Part shown: piece by piece, positions 9,120-19,686 of the stretch | Layout of the letters: each line of letters begins with the position of its first letter | How positions within the stretch are numbered: the first letter of the stretch is position 1 | NCBI GenBank assembly: GCA_031399305.1 | Contig: JANNOU010000098.1 | Location: forward strand, 1,343 to 65,342 | DNA: 64,000 nucleotides | Reading direction: 5' to 3' | Source of the DNA: Leptolyngbya sp. SOY_34_metabat_272 | GTDB taxonomy: Bacteria > Cyanobacteriota > Cyanobacteriia > FACHB-261 | Translations under genes and position numbers: made by a program | The notes under the pieces: model-generated | Databases searched by the model: none | What the model was told of the DNA's origin: nothing | Seen by the model: only the letters and a program-made list of their open reading frames with translations

Positions 9120-9165
9120 TACATATCTGGTGAGCAATCACACTCACATATTGTAAAGATATGTA
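9120..9165. promoter_or_regulatory. Nested inverted repeat upstream of chlH
   Basis: TACATATCT (9120-9128) and AGATATGTA (9157-9165) enclose GTGAG...CTCAC. The element sits in an AT-rich stretch about 210 bp upstream of the chlH start. Confidence 0.25.
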
Positions 9166-9375
9166 TCCGGGTTCCTATCAATTTATTTCGGTTCGGAGGC
9201 GGCATGTCCAGTGACACCGGGTTCTCTGATACAACAAACGATGTGTAGAGACCGTGGGTAGGACACCAAGATTTGCGAGTTGCGCACCTTCTGAGGTGGG
9301 CGTCGCTCGCTCTGCGCTTCTTATCATTAATCCGTCAGAACCTCTGTAAAGACTGTAAAGGAGTTCGACTTGACT

Positions 9376-12300
9376 ATGCTCACCCATGCCTTCACATCAG
9401 TAGCCCGGCGGCTGGCTCCAGAAGATCTGGGCAATCGGGTTCTGATGAAGGTGGTTTATGTCGTCCTAGAGCCGCAGTACCAGAGCGCCCTCTCGGCGGC
9501 TGTTGAAAGCATCAATCGCCGCCATCGGGATCTGGCAGTCGAAGTCAGCGGCTATCTGGTCGAGGAGCTTAGAAATCCTGAGGTTTACGAATCTTTCAAG
9601 CAAGATCTGGCGCAGGCCAATGTCTTTTTCGCTTCGCTGATTTTTATTGAGGATCTGGCCAACAAGATTGTTGAAGCGGTCGAACCGCAGCGCTCTCACT
9701 TGGACGTGTGTTTGGTGTTCCCGTCCATGCCGCAGGTGATGCGCCTGAACAAGTTGGGCTCCTTCAGCATGGCCAATTTAGGCCAGTCGAAGAGTGCGAT
9801 TGCCCAGTTCATGAAGAAGCGCAAGGAAAAATCTGGCGCGTCCTTCCAGGACGGCATGCTCAAGCTGGTGCAAACGCTGCCCAAGATCCTCAAGTACATG
9901 CCGATTGAAAAAGCGCAGGATGTGCGCAATTTCATGCTGAGCTTGCAATACTGGCTGGGTGGCTCTCAAGATAATCTAGAGAATTTCCTGCTGATGCTGG
10001 CAGACAAATATCTGCCTAGCCTCCAGATCAAAGTGGCGTTCAAAGCGCCGATTGAGTATCCCGATTTGGGCATCTGGCATCCACTAGCCCCCAAGATGTT
10101 TGAAGGCATCCAGGACTATCTCGCCTGGTACAACGCCCGCACCGACATTGCCAATGACCTGAAAGATCCTCTAGCCCCTTGCGTCGGGCTGGTTCTGCAG
10201 CGCACCCATCTGGTGACCGGCGATGATGCGCATTATGTGGCCACGGTGTCGGAATTCGAGAGCCGGGGCGTGCGCGTCATTCCAGTGTTTGCTGGAGGGT
10301 TAGATTTCTCCAAGCCGGTCGAGGCCTTCTTCTATGAGTCCGGCAAGGGCAAGGCCGAAGAGCGTAGGGCAATTGTAGATAGCGTGGTCTCGCTCACCGG
10401 GTTTGCGCTGGTGGGCGGCCCCGCGCGTCAAGACCACCCTAAGGCTATCGACGCGCTCAAGCGGCTCAACCGGCCCTACATGGTGGCGCTGCCGCTAGTC
10501 TTCCAGACTACCGAGGAATGGCAGGACAGCGACCTAGGCCTGCATCCGGTGCAGGTGGCGCTGCAAGTTGCGCTGCCGGAGCTAGACGGCGCAATTGATC
10601 CGCTGATCTTCTCGGGGCGCGACGGCGTGACCGGCAAGGCCATCCCACTCAAGGACCGGGTTGAGCTGTTGGCACAGCGGGCGATCAAGTGGGCTAGGCT
10701 GCGTCGCAAGCCCAAAGTCCAGAAGAAAATCGCGATCACCGTGTTCAGCTTCCCGCCCGATAAAGGCAATGTCGGTACGGCAGCCTACCTGGATGTTTTT
10801 GCCTCGGTGCACCGGGTGATCGCCGCGCTCAAGGGCAACGGCTACGACGTACAGGATTTACCCCAGACTGCGGCACAGCTGATGGAAGATGTGCTGCACG
10901 ATGCCCAAGCCCAGGTCGGCAGCCCGAGTTTGAACGTCGCTGCCAAGCTCTCAGTGCGCGAGTACGAAGCGAAGACGCCCTACTGTGAGAGCATCACCGC
11001 GCAATGGGGACCCGCGCCGGGCCATTTGAATTCGGACGGCAAAGACCTACTGGTCTACGGTAAGCACTATGGCAATGTGTTTGTCGGGGTGCAGCCCACC
11101 TTCGGCTATGAGGGTGACCCGATGCGGCTGCTGTTCTCCAAGTCCTGCTCGCCGCACCATGGCTTCGCCGCCTACTACACCTACCTCAATGAGATCTGGC
11201 AGGCTGACGCCGTGTTGCACTTCGGCACCCACGGTTCGCTGGAGTTCATGCCCGGCAAGCAGATTGGCCTGTCTGGCGAGTGCTACCCCGACCAGCTGAT
11301 CGGCACGATGCCGAATCTCTACTACTACGCGGTGAACAACCCCTCCGAAGCCACGATTGCCAAGCGGCGGGGTTACGCTACCACGATCAGCTACCTCACG
11401 CCTGCGCCCGAGAAGGCTGGCTTGTATCGAGGCCTGCAGGAGCTGAGCGAGCTGATCGGCTCTTACAAAGAGTTACGCGAAGGCGGACGCGGCGTCTCGA
11501 TTGTTAACACGATCTTGGATAAAGCCCGGCTGGTCAACCTGGACCAGGACGTCGAACTGCCCGAGCAAGACGCTGGCAGCCTGAGCTTGGAGGAGCGTGA
11601 TGCCATCGTCGGGCGGGTCTACGTCAAGCTGATGGAGATCGAGTCGCGCGTGCTGCCCTGCGGCCTACACGTGGTCGGCCAAGCACCCACCGCTGAGGAA
11701 GCCGTCGATGTGCTGGCCAGCATCGCCAGCTTTGACCGTCCAGAAGAAGGATTGATCGGGCTGCCACGCCTACTGTGCGAGAGCCTTGGCCGCGACCTCG
11801 ACCAGGTCTACCAAAACAACGACCGGGGCCTGCTCACCGACGTAGATCTGCTGCAGAATATGCGCGACGCGGTCACGGCGGCAGTGGCTGCCCTGGTACG
11901 CGAGCAGACCGATGCCGATGGGCGGGTGGCCAAAGTGTCGCGGCTGAACTTCTTCAACATGGGCAAGAAGGAGCCCTGGCTGGAGGCCCTGCACACGGCA
12001 GGCTACGCCAAGGTCGAGGCCGAAGCAGTCAAACCCCTGTTTGAGTTCCTCGAAGGCTGTCTCAAGCAGATTGTGGCCGACAACGAGCTGGGCGGTCTGC
12101 TCAAAGCGCTCGAAGGCGATTACATCATCCCCGGCCCTGGCGGCGACCCGGTGCGCAATCCCGGCGTGCTGCCCACCGGCAAGAACATGCACGCGCTCGA
12201 TCCGCAGTCGATTCCCACTAGTGCGGCGGTGCAGTCGGCCAAGTGGGTGGTCGAGCGCCTGTTGGCTCGCCAGAAAGACGAGAATGGCGGCCAGTATCCA

Positions 12301-13383
12301 GAGACGATTTCCTGCGTGCTCTGGGGCACCGACAACATCAAGACCTACGGTGAGTCGCTGGCGCAAGTGCTGTGGATGATTGGCGTGCGCCCGCTGCCCG
12401 ACGCGCTGGGACGGATGAACCGGCTGGAGCTGATCCCGCTCGCGGAGCTGGGCCGTCCACGCATCGACGTGGTAGTCAACTGCTCGGGCGTGTTCCGCGA
12501 CCTGTTCATCAACCAGATGGACCTACTGGACAAGGCGGTCAAGCTGGCGGCAGCAGCCGAAGAGCCGTTGGAGCTGAACTTTGTGCGCAAGCACACCCTG
12601 GCCCAAGCGCAGGAGCTGGGCATTACGCCCCGACAGGCCGCAACCCGAGTGTTTTCCAACTCCTCGGGCTCCTACGCGGCCAATGTCAACCTGGCGGTTG
12701 AGAACAGCAGCTGGGAGAACGAGCAGGAACTGCAGGAGATGTTTCTGGCCCGCAAGTCCTTTGCCTTCGGCGCTGAGGTGAACAACAGCCAGCAGCGGCA
12801 GATCTTTGAGTCGGCGCTCAAGACGGTGGAGGTTACCTTCCAGAACTTGGACTCTTCGGAGATCAGCCTGACCGACGTGAGCCACTACTTCGACTCCGAC
12901 CCGACCAAAGTGGTCGCCGCTCTGCGCCAGGACGGCAAAACGCCCCTCTCTTACATGGCCGACACGACCACGGCCAACGCCCAGGTGCGCACCCTCTCAG
13001 AAACCGTACGCCTGGACTCGCGCACCAAACTGCTCAACCCCAAGTGGTATGAGGGTCTGCTCAGCCACGGCTACGAGGGCGTGCGCGAGATCTCCAAGCG
13101 GCTGGTGAACACCATGGGCTGGTCAGCCACAGCAGGCGCAGTGGATAACTGGGTCTACGAGGAGTCCAACGAGGTCTACATCAAAGACGATGACATGCGC
13201 GAGCGTCTGAAAAACCTCAACCCGCACTCGTTCCGCAAGATCGTAGCCACGCTGCTCGAAGCCAATGGCCGGGGCTACTGGGAGACCTCCGAGAGCAACC
13301 TACAGCAGCTGCGCGACCTCTACCAGGAGATTGAAGACCGCATCGAAGGCATTGATGAGCCGGTGCCAGCGCTGACGCGCTAG
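9376..13383 (+). CDS. chlH: Magnesium chelatase subunit H
   Basis: About 1335 aa. The N-terminus [36 protein letters not shown] and length are typical of cyanobacterial ChlH, and CobN/Mg-chelatase motifs run throughout. AGGAG lies upstream; TTG 9370 is an alternative start. Confidence 0.95.
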   Translation: MLTHAFTSVARRLAPEDLGNRVLMKVVYVVLEPQYQSALSAAVESINRRHRDLAVEVSGYLVEELRNPEVYESFKQDLAQANVFFASLIFIEDLANKIVEAVEPQRSHLDVCLVFPSMPQVMRLNKLGSFSMANLGQSKSAIAQFMKKRKEKSGASFQDGMLKLVQTLPKILKYMPIEKAQDVRNFMLSLQYWLGGSQDNLENFLLMLADKYLPSLQIKVAFKAPIEYPDLGIWHPLAPKMFEGIQDYLAWYNARTDIANDLKDPLAPCVGLVLQRTHLVTGDDAHYVATVSEFESRGVRVIPVFAGGLDFSKPVEAFFYESGKGKAEERRAIVDSVVSLTGFALVGGPARQDHPKAIDALKRLNRPYMVALPLVFQTTEEWQDSDLGLHPVQVALQVALPELDGAIDPLIFSGRDGVTGKAIPLKDRVELLAQRAIKWARLRRKPKVQKKIAITVFSFPPDKGNVGTAAYLDVFASVHRVIAALKGNGYDVQDLPQTAAQLMEDVLHDAQAQVGSPSLNVAAKLSVREYEAKTPYCESITAQWGPAPGHLNSDGKDLLVYGKHYGNVFVGVQPTFGYEGDPMRLLFSKSCSPHHGFAAYYTYLNEIWQADAVLHFGTHGSLEFMPGKQIGLSGECYPDQLIGTMPNLYYYAVNNPSEATIAKRRGYATTISYLTPAPEKAGLYRGLQELSELIGSYKELREGGRGVSIVNTILDKARLVNLDQDVELPEQDAGSLSLEERDAIVGRVYVKLMEIESRVLPCGLHVVGQAPTAEEAVDVLASIASFDRPEEGLIGLPRLLCESLGRDLDQVYQNNDRGLLTDVDLLQNMRDAVTAAVAALVREQTDADGRVAKVSRLNFFNMGKKEPWLEALHTAGYAKVEAEAVKPLFEFLEGCLKQIVADNELGGLLKALEGDYIIPGPGGDPVRNPGVLPTGKNMHALDPQSIPTSAAVQSAKWVVERLLARQKDENGGQYPETISCVLWGTDNIKTYGESLAQVLWMIGVRPLPDALGRMNRLELIPLAELGRPRIDVVVNCSGVFRDLFINQMDLLDKAVKLAAAAEEPLELNFVRKHTLAQAQELGITPRQAATRVFSNSSGSYAANVNLAVENSSWENEQELQEMFLARKSFAFGAEVNNSQQRQIFESALKTVEVTFQNLDSSEISLTDVSHYFDSDPTKVVAALRQDGKTPLSYMADTTTANAQVRTLSETVRLDSRTKLLNPKWYEGLLSHGYEGVREISKRLVNTMGWSATAGAVDNWVYEESNEVYIKDDDMRERLKNLNPHSFRKIVATLLEANGRGYWETSESNLQQLRDLYQEIEDRIEGIDEPVPALTR

Positions 13384-13428
13384 AGGCTGCCGAGCCACAA
13401 CGATCGGTTGTTCTTTGAAGGAGCCTGA

Positions 13429-13935
13429 ATGGAGGGGGAATTGGTGCAGAATCACTCGGTTCACGAGGCTAGGTCTGCTGAGGCCTCGGCAGGCCTAGCC
13501 TCAGAGCGCGGGGCTGATTACGCGCCCCTGCAGCTGCTGCTTGCCCGGCAGGACTTTCAGGCTGCCGACCAACTGACTCTGCAGCAGATGTGTGAGGTGG
13601 CTGGGCCGCTGAGCGCCAAGCGTGGCTGGCTCTACTTCACCGATGTGGAACAGTTCCCCGCGACCGATCTGCGCACACTCAATCGCCTGTGGCTAGAAGC
13701 CACAGGCGGCAGGTTCGGGTTCTCGGTGCAGCGTGAGATCTGGCTGAGCCTAGGCAGAGATTGGGAGAGATTTTGGCCCCAGATTGGCTGGAAACAGGGC
13801 AGGCAGTGGACGCGCTATCCTCAGGGCTTTACCTGGGATCTCAGCGCTCCCAAGGGACACCTGCCTCTGTCCAATCAGCTACGGGGCTCTCAGGTGCTGG
13901 CCTCGCTACTTTCCCACGCTGCCTGGCAAACCTGA
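13429..13935 (+). CDS. GUN4-domain protein (Mg-chelatase activator family)
   Basis: WLYFTDVEQFPATDLRTLNRLWLEATGGRFGFSVQREIWLSLG...GWKQGRQWTRYPQGFTWDLSAPKGHLP matches the GUN4 core. GAAGGAG lies 7 nt upstream of the ATG, and the gene starts 45 bp after the chlH stop. Confidence 0.85.
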   Translation: MEGELVQNHSVHEARSAEASAGLASERGADYAPLQLLLARQDFQAADQLTLQQMCEVAGPLSAKRGWLYFTDVEQFPATDLRTLNRLWLEATGGRFGFSVQREIWLSLGRDWERFWPQIGWKQGRQWTRYPQGFTWDLSAPKGHLPLSNQLRGSQVLASLLSHAAWQT

Positions 13936-13954
13936 GTTCTGAATGGGGGACCGC

Positions 13955-14647
13955 TTACGCCTCTTCGCCTTTGTCAGGCACCTCTGGGGCCTGACCCACC
14001 GCCCGCGTCACTTCGACACCCACTTCCTCCAAGACCACACTGGGGGAAGGGCCGTAGAGATCGATCCGCTTGACCAGGATCTGGTTATTGGAGAGCCGCT
14101 GTCCCACGCTCACATAGCGCGTCGTCCGCTCCTGGGGAGCCTTGACCACCGCGTAGAGGCCATCAGAGAGCTGAATCACCCCCGTCACGGCTACTTGCCG
14201 AGCCAGGGTCGGTTCTGGCGGCGGTGGCGGTGGCTCAGACTCCCCAGGCTCGACATCCCGAGAGACGGCTCTTTCGCCGCCGTTGGTGGGGGGACCGGGC
14301 GCGGCAATCGGCGCGGCAGGGGGCTGCTCGGTCGGCTTGTTGACCGCTATTGTCTCAAAGGGATCGGCGCGGCCGGTCGTAACCCCAGGCTGTAATCGCA
14401 AAATGCGCGCCTGCGGGTTGGTGGCCGGGATCAAGTCGCCACCCGCAGGCGCGGGCAGCGGCGCTTCAGGGCTGCTGGTTGGCGTAGCGGCAGGCGCAAC
14501 AGCCACTGGCACCGGCGATGATTCGGGCGTGGGCTCGGGCTCCGAGCTACCCAAAAAAGTGGCACAGCCACTGGTCATCAAAGCTGTCATCGTCATCAAC
14601 GCCAACCAGCGATGCTTCTGCATGCTCCCTCGCCGCAAACCTTCCAT
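13955..14647 (-). CDS. Proline-rich lipoprotein, function unknown
   Basis: Lipobox LMTSGCA follows a signal peptide. A long Pro/Ala/Thr-rich linker precedes a C-terminal beta-rich domain (VTGVIQLSDGLYAVVKAPQERTTRYVSVGQRLSNNQILVKRIDL) that vaguely resembles PilP-like domains. Confidence 0.55.
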   Translation of the reverse strand: MEGLRRGSMQKHRWLALMTMTALMTSGCATFLGSSEPEPTPESSPVPVAVAPAATPTSSPEAPLPAPAGGDLIPATNPQARILRLQPGVTTGRADPFETIAVNKPTEQPPAAPIAAPGPPTNGGERAVSRDVEPGESEPPPPPPEPTLARQVAVTGVIQLSDGLYAVVKAPQERTTRYVSVGQRLSNNQILVKRIDLYGPSPSVVLEEVGVEVTRAVGQAPEVPDKGEEA

Positions 14648-14814
14648 ATACAGTCGCCCCTATCTATCAGAATCTAAGCTCAAAATCGAACCGGCATGCA
14701 CCCCTGTGAGGCTGATTATCTAGCCTTTTCTCTTCACTTATTAAGACCGATCACCGAACCAATGTCGATCAAGAGGCTGTGTGAATGGCTCAGCATACCG
14801 CCAAATGTAGCGTT

Positions 14815-15249
14815 CTAGAGGCTAAGCGGAACCAGTTCCCAGCGCAAGGCGACGCCGGTCTGGTCGGTTGGTCGGGGACGGGCCAGACGCCAACTTTTGC
14901 CCTCCTGCTGCTGTTGCAGATAAAGTTCAAAGGCTGTATCGCGAACCTGAACGCGTTGCCCCGGTACCTTTAAGCTCAGATTACAAGTGCCGCTCACGCG
15001 ATAGCCGGGCAACCCAGCGATCTCCAAGGGCTCCTGTTGTTGGACGCGCACGGCGTTGACCTCCACGGGGCCGCTACCTGCGGGGGGCAACTGCAACTGC
15101 TGATTGAGCTGGCGGGTAGCCGTCTGCAGTTGAACCATCAGCGCCCGCTGGACCACCCGGCTGCTCAGGCCAGGACCGCTGCAAGCCACCAACAGTACCG
15201 CCAGCAGAACTAACACAATCGAACGCAGCATGAGGACTTGAACTCGCAT
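14815..15249 (-). CDS. Hypothetical lipoprotein
   Basis: 144-aa ORF with a signal peptide and lipobox (LLVACSGPG). I recognise no family. Confidence 0.5.
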   Translation of the reverse strand: MRVQVLMLRSIVLVLLAVLLVACSGPGLSSRVVQRALMVQLQTATRQLNQQLQLPPAGSGPVEVNAVRVQQQEPLEIAGLPGYRVSGTCNLSLKVPGQRVQVRDTAFELYLQQQQEGKSWRLARPRPTDQTGVALRWELVPLSL

Positions 15250-15328
15250 CCCTCACAGCCTATCGTCTCAGACCCAGTCCTGATCACCAGTCCTGGTCAC
15301 CGAATCAGTGGTCCACAAAACTCGGCGG

Positions 15329-15545
15329 CCCGAGCTTCGGACTCCGCAGCCCGAGCCCAAAACTCGAAGCCCCGAGCGGCCTGCTCGCAGATGCGAGTGT
15401 TTGGCTTGAAACCCTGAGCTGGGATCCTGAGGCTCGGAGCCTTGGGCTCAAAATCCCGAACGGTTTGCTGGAGCGCTCCAGCAACTAGCCGCAGGCTTGG
15501 GGTTCTGAACACCCCAAGCCGAGTTCAGAGGTCGGACTGAGCCGT
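15329..15545 (+). repeat. Phased 21-bp degenerate repeat island A (about 11 units, CCYGAGC core)
   Basis: Cores lie at 15329, 15350, 15371, 15392, 15413, 15434 and 15455 (CCCGAGC x3, TGCGAGT, CCTGAGC, TCGGAGC, CCCGAAC), then continue more degenerately, each exactly 21 bp apart. Confidence 0.8.
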
Positions 15546-15561
15546 TGAGCACAGCTCGGGA

Positions 15562-17232
15562 TCAAGCCTTCCAGTCAGAGGGCTGGGGCTTGGCCGGCCC
15601 ATCTGCCTGCCCTGGCTCAGAATCGAGCGTCTGGCTGTCTAGGCTGGTGTGCAGCCACAGGGAACGGCCCGGGTTGGGAATGCTGATACCTTCGCGGTCA
15701 AAGGCGTTCTTGAGGCGGCGGCGGAATTCGCGGGCCACACTCCACTGCTGCAGAGGCCAGGTCTTGATCCAGATGCGGATCGTGATGCTGTCATCACCGA
15801 AGCCATCGACCCCCAGAACTTCCGGCTCCTCTAGCATTTGTTTAGACCAGGGCCGCTCGTGCCACATCTGCTGGCCTAGTTCTTTGAGCAGGGCCAGGAC
15901 CCGATCTACATCTGAGTCATAGGCCACTTGGATCGACAAATCTACCCGCGCCCAACCGTTCGAGAGATTGGCGACGGCTTTGATTTCGCTGTTGGGCACG
16001 GTGATCAGTCGGCCTTCGCTGTCGCGCAGCTGGGTGATGCGCAGGTTCATGTTCTCGACCTGCCCGCCCATGCCGTTGACGGCAATCACATCGCCCACGC
16101 CGTACTGATCCTCGACCAGGATGAAAAAACCGTTGATGTAGTCCTTAATCAGACTCTGCGAGCCCAGTGAGAGGGCCACGCCGACGATCCCTGCCCCCGC
16201 CAGAACTGGGGCCACGTTCACCCCAAAGGTTGAAAGCACCACCAGGACGCCCACCGACGAAATGATCACCGCCAGCACCCCCTTGACCGCCCTGGAAAAG
16301 GTGTTGGCGCGCAGGATCATGCGCGGGGACGCGGCTTGGCTAAACAGCCGCCCCTCGCGAACCGCATCGAAGGTGCTGTCGACCACGCTTGAGGCGGCGC
16401 GGGCGCTCAGGTAAGTCAGGGTCACAATGCCCACCAGTCGCAGGCCCTGGACTCGGGCAAACTCCAAGACAATCACCTGCACGGCGCGGGTGTAAGGAAA
16501 TAAGCCGAAGCTGAGCAAAAACCAGCTGGTCCAGACCCCCGCCTGGGTCAAGCGCAGACTCCAATAAGCCAGATCCAGCACCAGACGCTGCTGACGCCGC
16601 TGGCTAAGCGCGGTGCTCACCTGAGCCACCTGCACCTCTGCCAGTGTCAGATCGCTGACCGGATCAGCCACCCCGGCAGACGGACGTAGCTGCGACGTGG
16701 ACTGCGCGATTTCCGCCTCGCAGATCTCGATGCGGACTTTCACCTGCCGCCGCCAGCGTTCTAGGCCGAGACTGGCTAGCATCGCCAGCAGCGTCACCCC
16801 GCCCGCAATCAAGCCTCGCTGGATCAGAACCTGCGGCTGTCGCTCCTGAATAGCCATCTCCAGGGCTGTTTTGACACTACTGGCGATCTGCGCGGCCCGA
16901 GCTTCCAGGCTCTCGTTGCCAAATTCTGCGTCCGATGGCGTGATCGTCAGCAGTTCTTGCCCGTTGACGCTGACCACCGCGTGGTTGTCTGGGTCGTCCA
17001 CTTGGTAGCGAACCTGCAGCTTGGCTGGGTCCAGGTCCCCATTGGCAAACCGCTGCAATCTTTGCTCGATCTGCTCGCGACGGTTCTCTTGGGTTGCCCG
17101 CACCACAAACACTTCTTGACCATCCAGACGGATCGTCTGCCACTGGGGGTCGGTGCCTTGAGCGATCACCGGCAGGGCGAGCACCAGGAATAGAGAAGTC
17201 AGAGGCAGGTAAATAAATCGGGTCATCACCAC
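15562..17232 (-). CDS. Mechanosensitive ion channel (MscS family) protein
   Basis: GAGIVGVALSLGSQSLIKDYINGFFILVEDQYGVGDVIAVNGMGGQVENMNLRITQLRDSEGRLITVPNSEI is the MscS pore-helix and beta-domain signature. The N-terminus is secreted, with several TM segments. Confidence 0.9.
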   Translation of the reverse strand: MVMTRFIYLPLTSLFLVLALPVIAQGTDPQWQTIRLDGQEVFVVRATQENRREQIEQRLQRFANGDLDPAKLQVRYQVDDPDNHAVVSVNGQELLTITPSDAEFGNESLEARAAQIASSVKTALEMAIQERQPQVLIQRGLIAGGVTLLAMLASLGLERWRRQVKVRIEICEAEIAQSTSQLRPSAGVADPVSDLTLAEVQVAQVSTALSQRRQQRLVLDLAYWSLRLTQAGVWTSWFLLSFGLFPYTRAVQVIVLEFARVQGLRLVGIVTLTYLSARAASSVVDSTFDAVREGRLFSQAASPRMILRANTFSRAVKGVLAVIISSVGVLVVLSTFGVNVAPVLAGAGIVGVALSLGSQSLIKDYINGFFILVEDQYGVGDVIAVNGMGGQVENMNLRITQLRDSEGRLITVPNSEIKAVANLSNGWARVDLSIQVAYDSDVDRVLALLKELGQQMWHERPWSKQMLEEPEVLGVDGFGDDSITIRIWIKTWPLQQWSVAREFRRRLKNAFDREGISIPNPGRSLWLHTSLDSQTLDSEPGQADGPAKPQPSDWKA

Positions 17233-17277
17233 CGGTTAGAACAAAGTCAAACCAGGGACTATACTAGTGCGACCTTC

Positions 17278-19140
17278 TTGCTCCTTGCTTGCTTTTCCTT
17301 GATTTCTCTGCCTTCTGATCGAGCGGCGATTGCCCTCACCCTGACCGGAGCCCAATTACTGCAGCAGCTCCTGCCAGAGGTGACGCTCTGGCTGCCTGCC
17401 GACTTGGCCAACCCAGGACGAGTAGCCCCGCCCGGCTGCCAGACCTACGCAGGTCCCTTGCGCGATCACCTCAAGCACCTCTGGCAAAGCCAGCAGGCGC
17501 TGATCTTCTGTCTGGCAACCGGGGCCGTGGTGCGTTTGATAGCCCCGCTGCTGCAAGACAAAAGCCGCGATCCGGCTGTGGTGGTCGTAGATGAGACCGG
17601 GCAGTTCGCGATCAGCCTCTGCGGCGGCCATCGGGGCGGAGCCGATCAGCTGGCCCGCTGGGTCGCGGCCCGCCTGGGCGGCGAAGCCGTGCTCACGGGG
17701 GCCTCAACCGGAGCCGGACGAGTGGGAGTCGACGTCCTGGGCGAACCCTTCGGCTGGCGGCGCGGCGAGGGCTCCGACTGGGACGCACTTAGCATGGCAC
17801 TGGCCCATCGTCAGCCAGTGTCGGTTGTGCAAGAGTCCGGATCTCGCCTCTGGCAAAGCGCTCGGTCGACAGAGCCCTGGTGGCTAGAGGCCGATCGCTC
17901 AGCCGCCGCCCAGCTGTTGATCAGCCACCGAGCCCCCCCGGCGCAGACCTACACCGCCCTCTGGCACCCCCGCGTCCTGTGGCTGGGCATTGGCTGTGAG
18001 CGGGGTACCCCCCGAGTGGTCCTAGAGCAGGGCATCGAGCAAGTATTGGCAGCGCAGGGTCTCGCAAAACAGGCTGTCGCCGGCGTCGCCACCTTAGATC
18101 TCAAAGCCGACGAGGCGGGACTGGTGGAGCTGTGCAACGCCTACGACTGGCCCCTGCGCACCCTGGACGCCCAGACACTAAGCCAGGTGACGGTGCCCAA
18201 CCCATCGGCGGTGGTCACGGCTGCCGTGGGCACGCCCAGCGTGGCTGAGGCCGCAGCTCTGGTTGCCTCTGAGTTCGGTACCCTACTGGTGGGCAAGCAA
18301 ATATTTCGGCTCCCAGAGACGCAGGGAGCCGCGACCATTGCCGTCGCCCTAGCGCAGCGCGAATCCACCGGACGCCTCGGCGAGCTGCTGTTAGTCGGCA
18401 CCGGTCCGGGCAGCTTGGACCAAGTGACCCCTGCCGCCCGTGCCGCCCTGGTGCGTGCCGACGCGGTGATCGGCTACAGCCTTTACATCGAGCTAATTCA
18501 GCCCCTGCTGCGCCCTGGGCAGATTGTCGAAGCCCTGCCGATCACCCAGGAGCGGGCCCGTGCCCAGCGCGCCATTGAGCTGGCCCAGTGGGGACTGAGC
18601 GTCGCGGTGATCTCCTCAGGCGACTGCGGCATTTACGGCATGGCGGGCTTGGTCCTCGAAGAACTGCGCGTTCAGGCCTGGGATGGCAAGACGCCGACCG
18701 TCGCTGTCTTCCCCGGTATCAGCGCCCTGCAGTCCGCTGCTTCCCGGCTAGGAGCGCCCCTGATGCAAGACTTCTGCGCCATCAGCCTCAGCGATCTGCT
18801 CACCCCCTGGGCCGCGATCCGCGAGCGCCTGGAAGCCGCCGCTCGGGCTGACTTTGTGACCACCCTCTATAACCCCCGCTCGCGCTCCCGGATCGAGCCG
18901 CTCAGCGCCGCCCAGCAGATCTTTTTGCAGCATCGAGACCCGGCAACCCCCGTCGCTCTAGTGCGCTCGGCTTACCGCGACTCCGAGCAAATTACCCGCA
19001 CCACCCTGGCAGAGCTACCGCTCGAACAGGTAGACATGCTGACCCTGGTTTTGATCGGCAACCGCAGCACACGCTTTTACGGCGACTGGCTGATCACGCC
19101 GCGCGGCTATCTGGGGTTTGAACTGGGGTCTGAGCTGTGA
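17278..19140 (+). CDS. Bifunctional CbiG / precorrin-3B C17-methyltransferase (CobJ/CbiH) fusion
   Basis: The N-terminal half has CbiG motifs (LATGAVVRLIAPLL...VVVDETG; LWLGIGCERG). The C-terminal half is a tetrapyrrole methylase (LLVGTGPGSLDQVTPAARAALVRADAVIGY...VAVISSGDCGIYGMAG). The TTG start is uncertain. Confidence 0.85.
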   Translation: MLLACFSLISLPSDRAAIALTLTGAQLLQQLLPEVTLWLPADLANPGRVAPPGCQTYAGPLRDHLKHLWQSQQALIFCLATGAVVRLIAPLLQDKSRDPAVVVVDETGQFAISLCGGHRGGADQLARWVAARLGGEAVLTGASTGAGRVGVDVLGEPFGWRRGEGSDWDALSMALAHRQPVSVVQESGSRLWQSARSTEPWWLEADRSAAAQLLISHRAPPAQTYTALWHPRVLWLGIGCERGTPRVVLEQGIEQVLAAQGLAKQAVAGVATLDLKADEAGLVELCNAYDWPLRTLDAQTLSQVTVPNPSAVVTAAVGTPSVAEAAALVASEFGTLLVGKQIFRLPETQGAATIAVALAQRESTGRLGELLLVGTGPGSLDQVTPAARAALVRADAVIGYSLYIELIQPLLRPGQIVEALPITQERARAQRAIELAQWGLSVAVISSGDCGIYGMAGLVLEELRVQAWDGKTPTVAVFPGISALQSAASRLGAPLMQDFCAISLSDLLTPWAAIRERLEAAARADFVTTLYNPRSRSRIEPLSAAQQIFLQHRDPATPVALVRSAYRDSEQITRTTLAELPLEQVDMLTLVLIGNRSTRFYGDWLITPRGYLGFELGSEL

Positions 19141-19577
19141 AAATCCTGGGCTGGCGCGAACGGGTCGATTTGCCCGAATTGGGCATTTATCAGCTCAAGG
19201 CCAAGATTGACACGGGTGCGGTATCGTCTGCCCTGCACGTGCTGAGCGTTCGGGTGCTAGAGGCCGATGCAACTGGGCGCGAGTACGTCGAGCTGATCGT
19301 CCCGCTCAACCGGCGTCGCACTCAACTGGTCACCGCCCACGCCTGGGTGAGTCGTCAGATCTGGGTGAAGAATCCTGGCGGTGTGCGTCAGAAGCGCCGC
19401 GTGATCGAAACCCGTCTTTGCCTGGACGGTGAATGTTTTAGCGTGCCTCTGACCCTCAGCGACCGCAGCGCCATGAGCCATCGTATGATCTTGGGCCGTA
19501 CCGCCCTAGCCGAGCGGTTTCTCGTAGACGTCAGCCACGAGTTTCTGCTATCGCCATTGCCCTCGCCCCAAGGTTAG
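19137..19577 (+). CDS. Retropepsin-like putative ATP-dependent zinc protease domain protein (RimK-associated type)
   Basis: ILGWRERVDLPELGIYQLKAKIDTGAVSSALH matches the PF05618-type N-terminus. The start overlaps the cbiG-cobJ stop (GTGA). Confidence 0.7.
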   Translation: MKILGWRERVDLPELGIYQLKAKIDTGAVSSALHVLSVRVLEADATGREYVELIVPLNRRRTQLVTAHAWVSRQIWVKNPGGVRQKRRVIETRLCLDGECFSVPLTLSDRSAMSHRMILGRTALAERFLVDVSHEFLLSPLPSPQG

Positions 19578-19686
19578 ACTAGATCAGGTGTACTATCTTC
19601 GCGAATCCGACCGATAGCGGCGACGTTTGCGGAGTCAAACTCGTAGCTACACTAATGGTGACTCGCTTGGGAGAGGGCGTTACTCA

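Noticed and set aside
11770-12366. 198-aa minus-strand ORF, and several 60-120-aa ORFs inside 9.4-13.4 kb
   Set aside because: All are antisense or out-of-frame shadows within the well-supported chlH gene.
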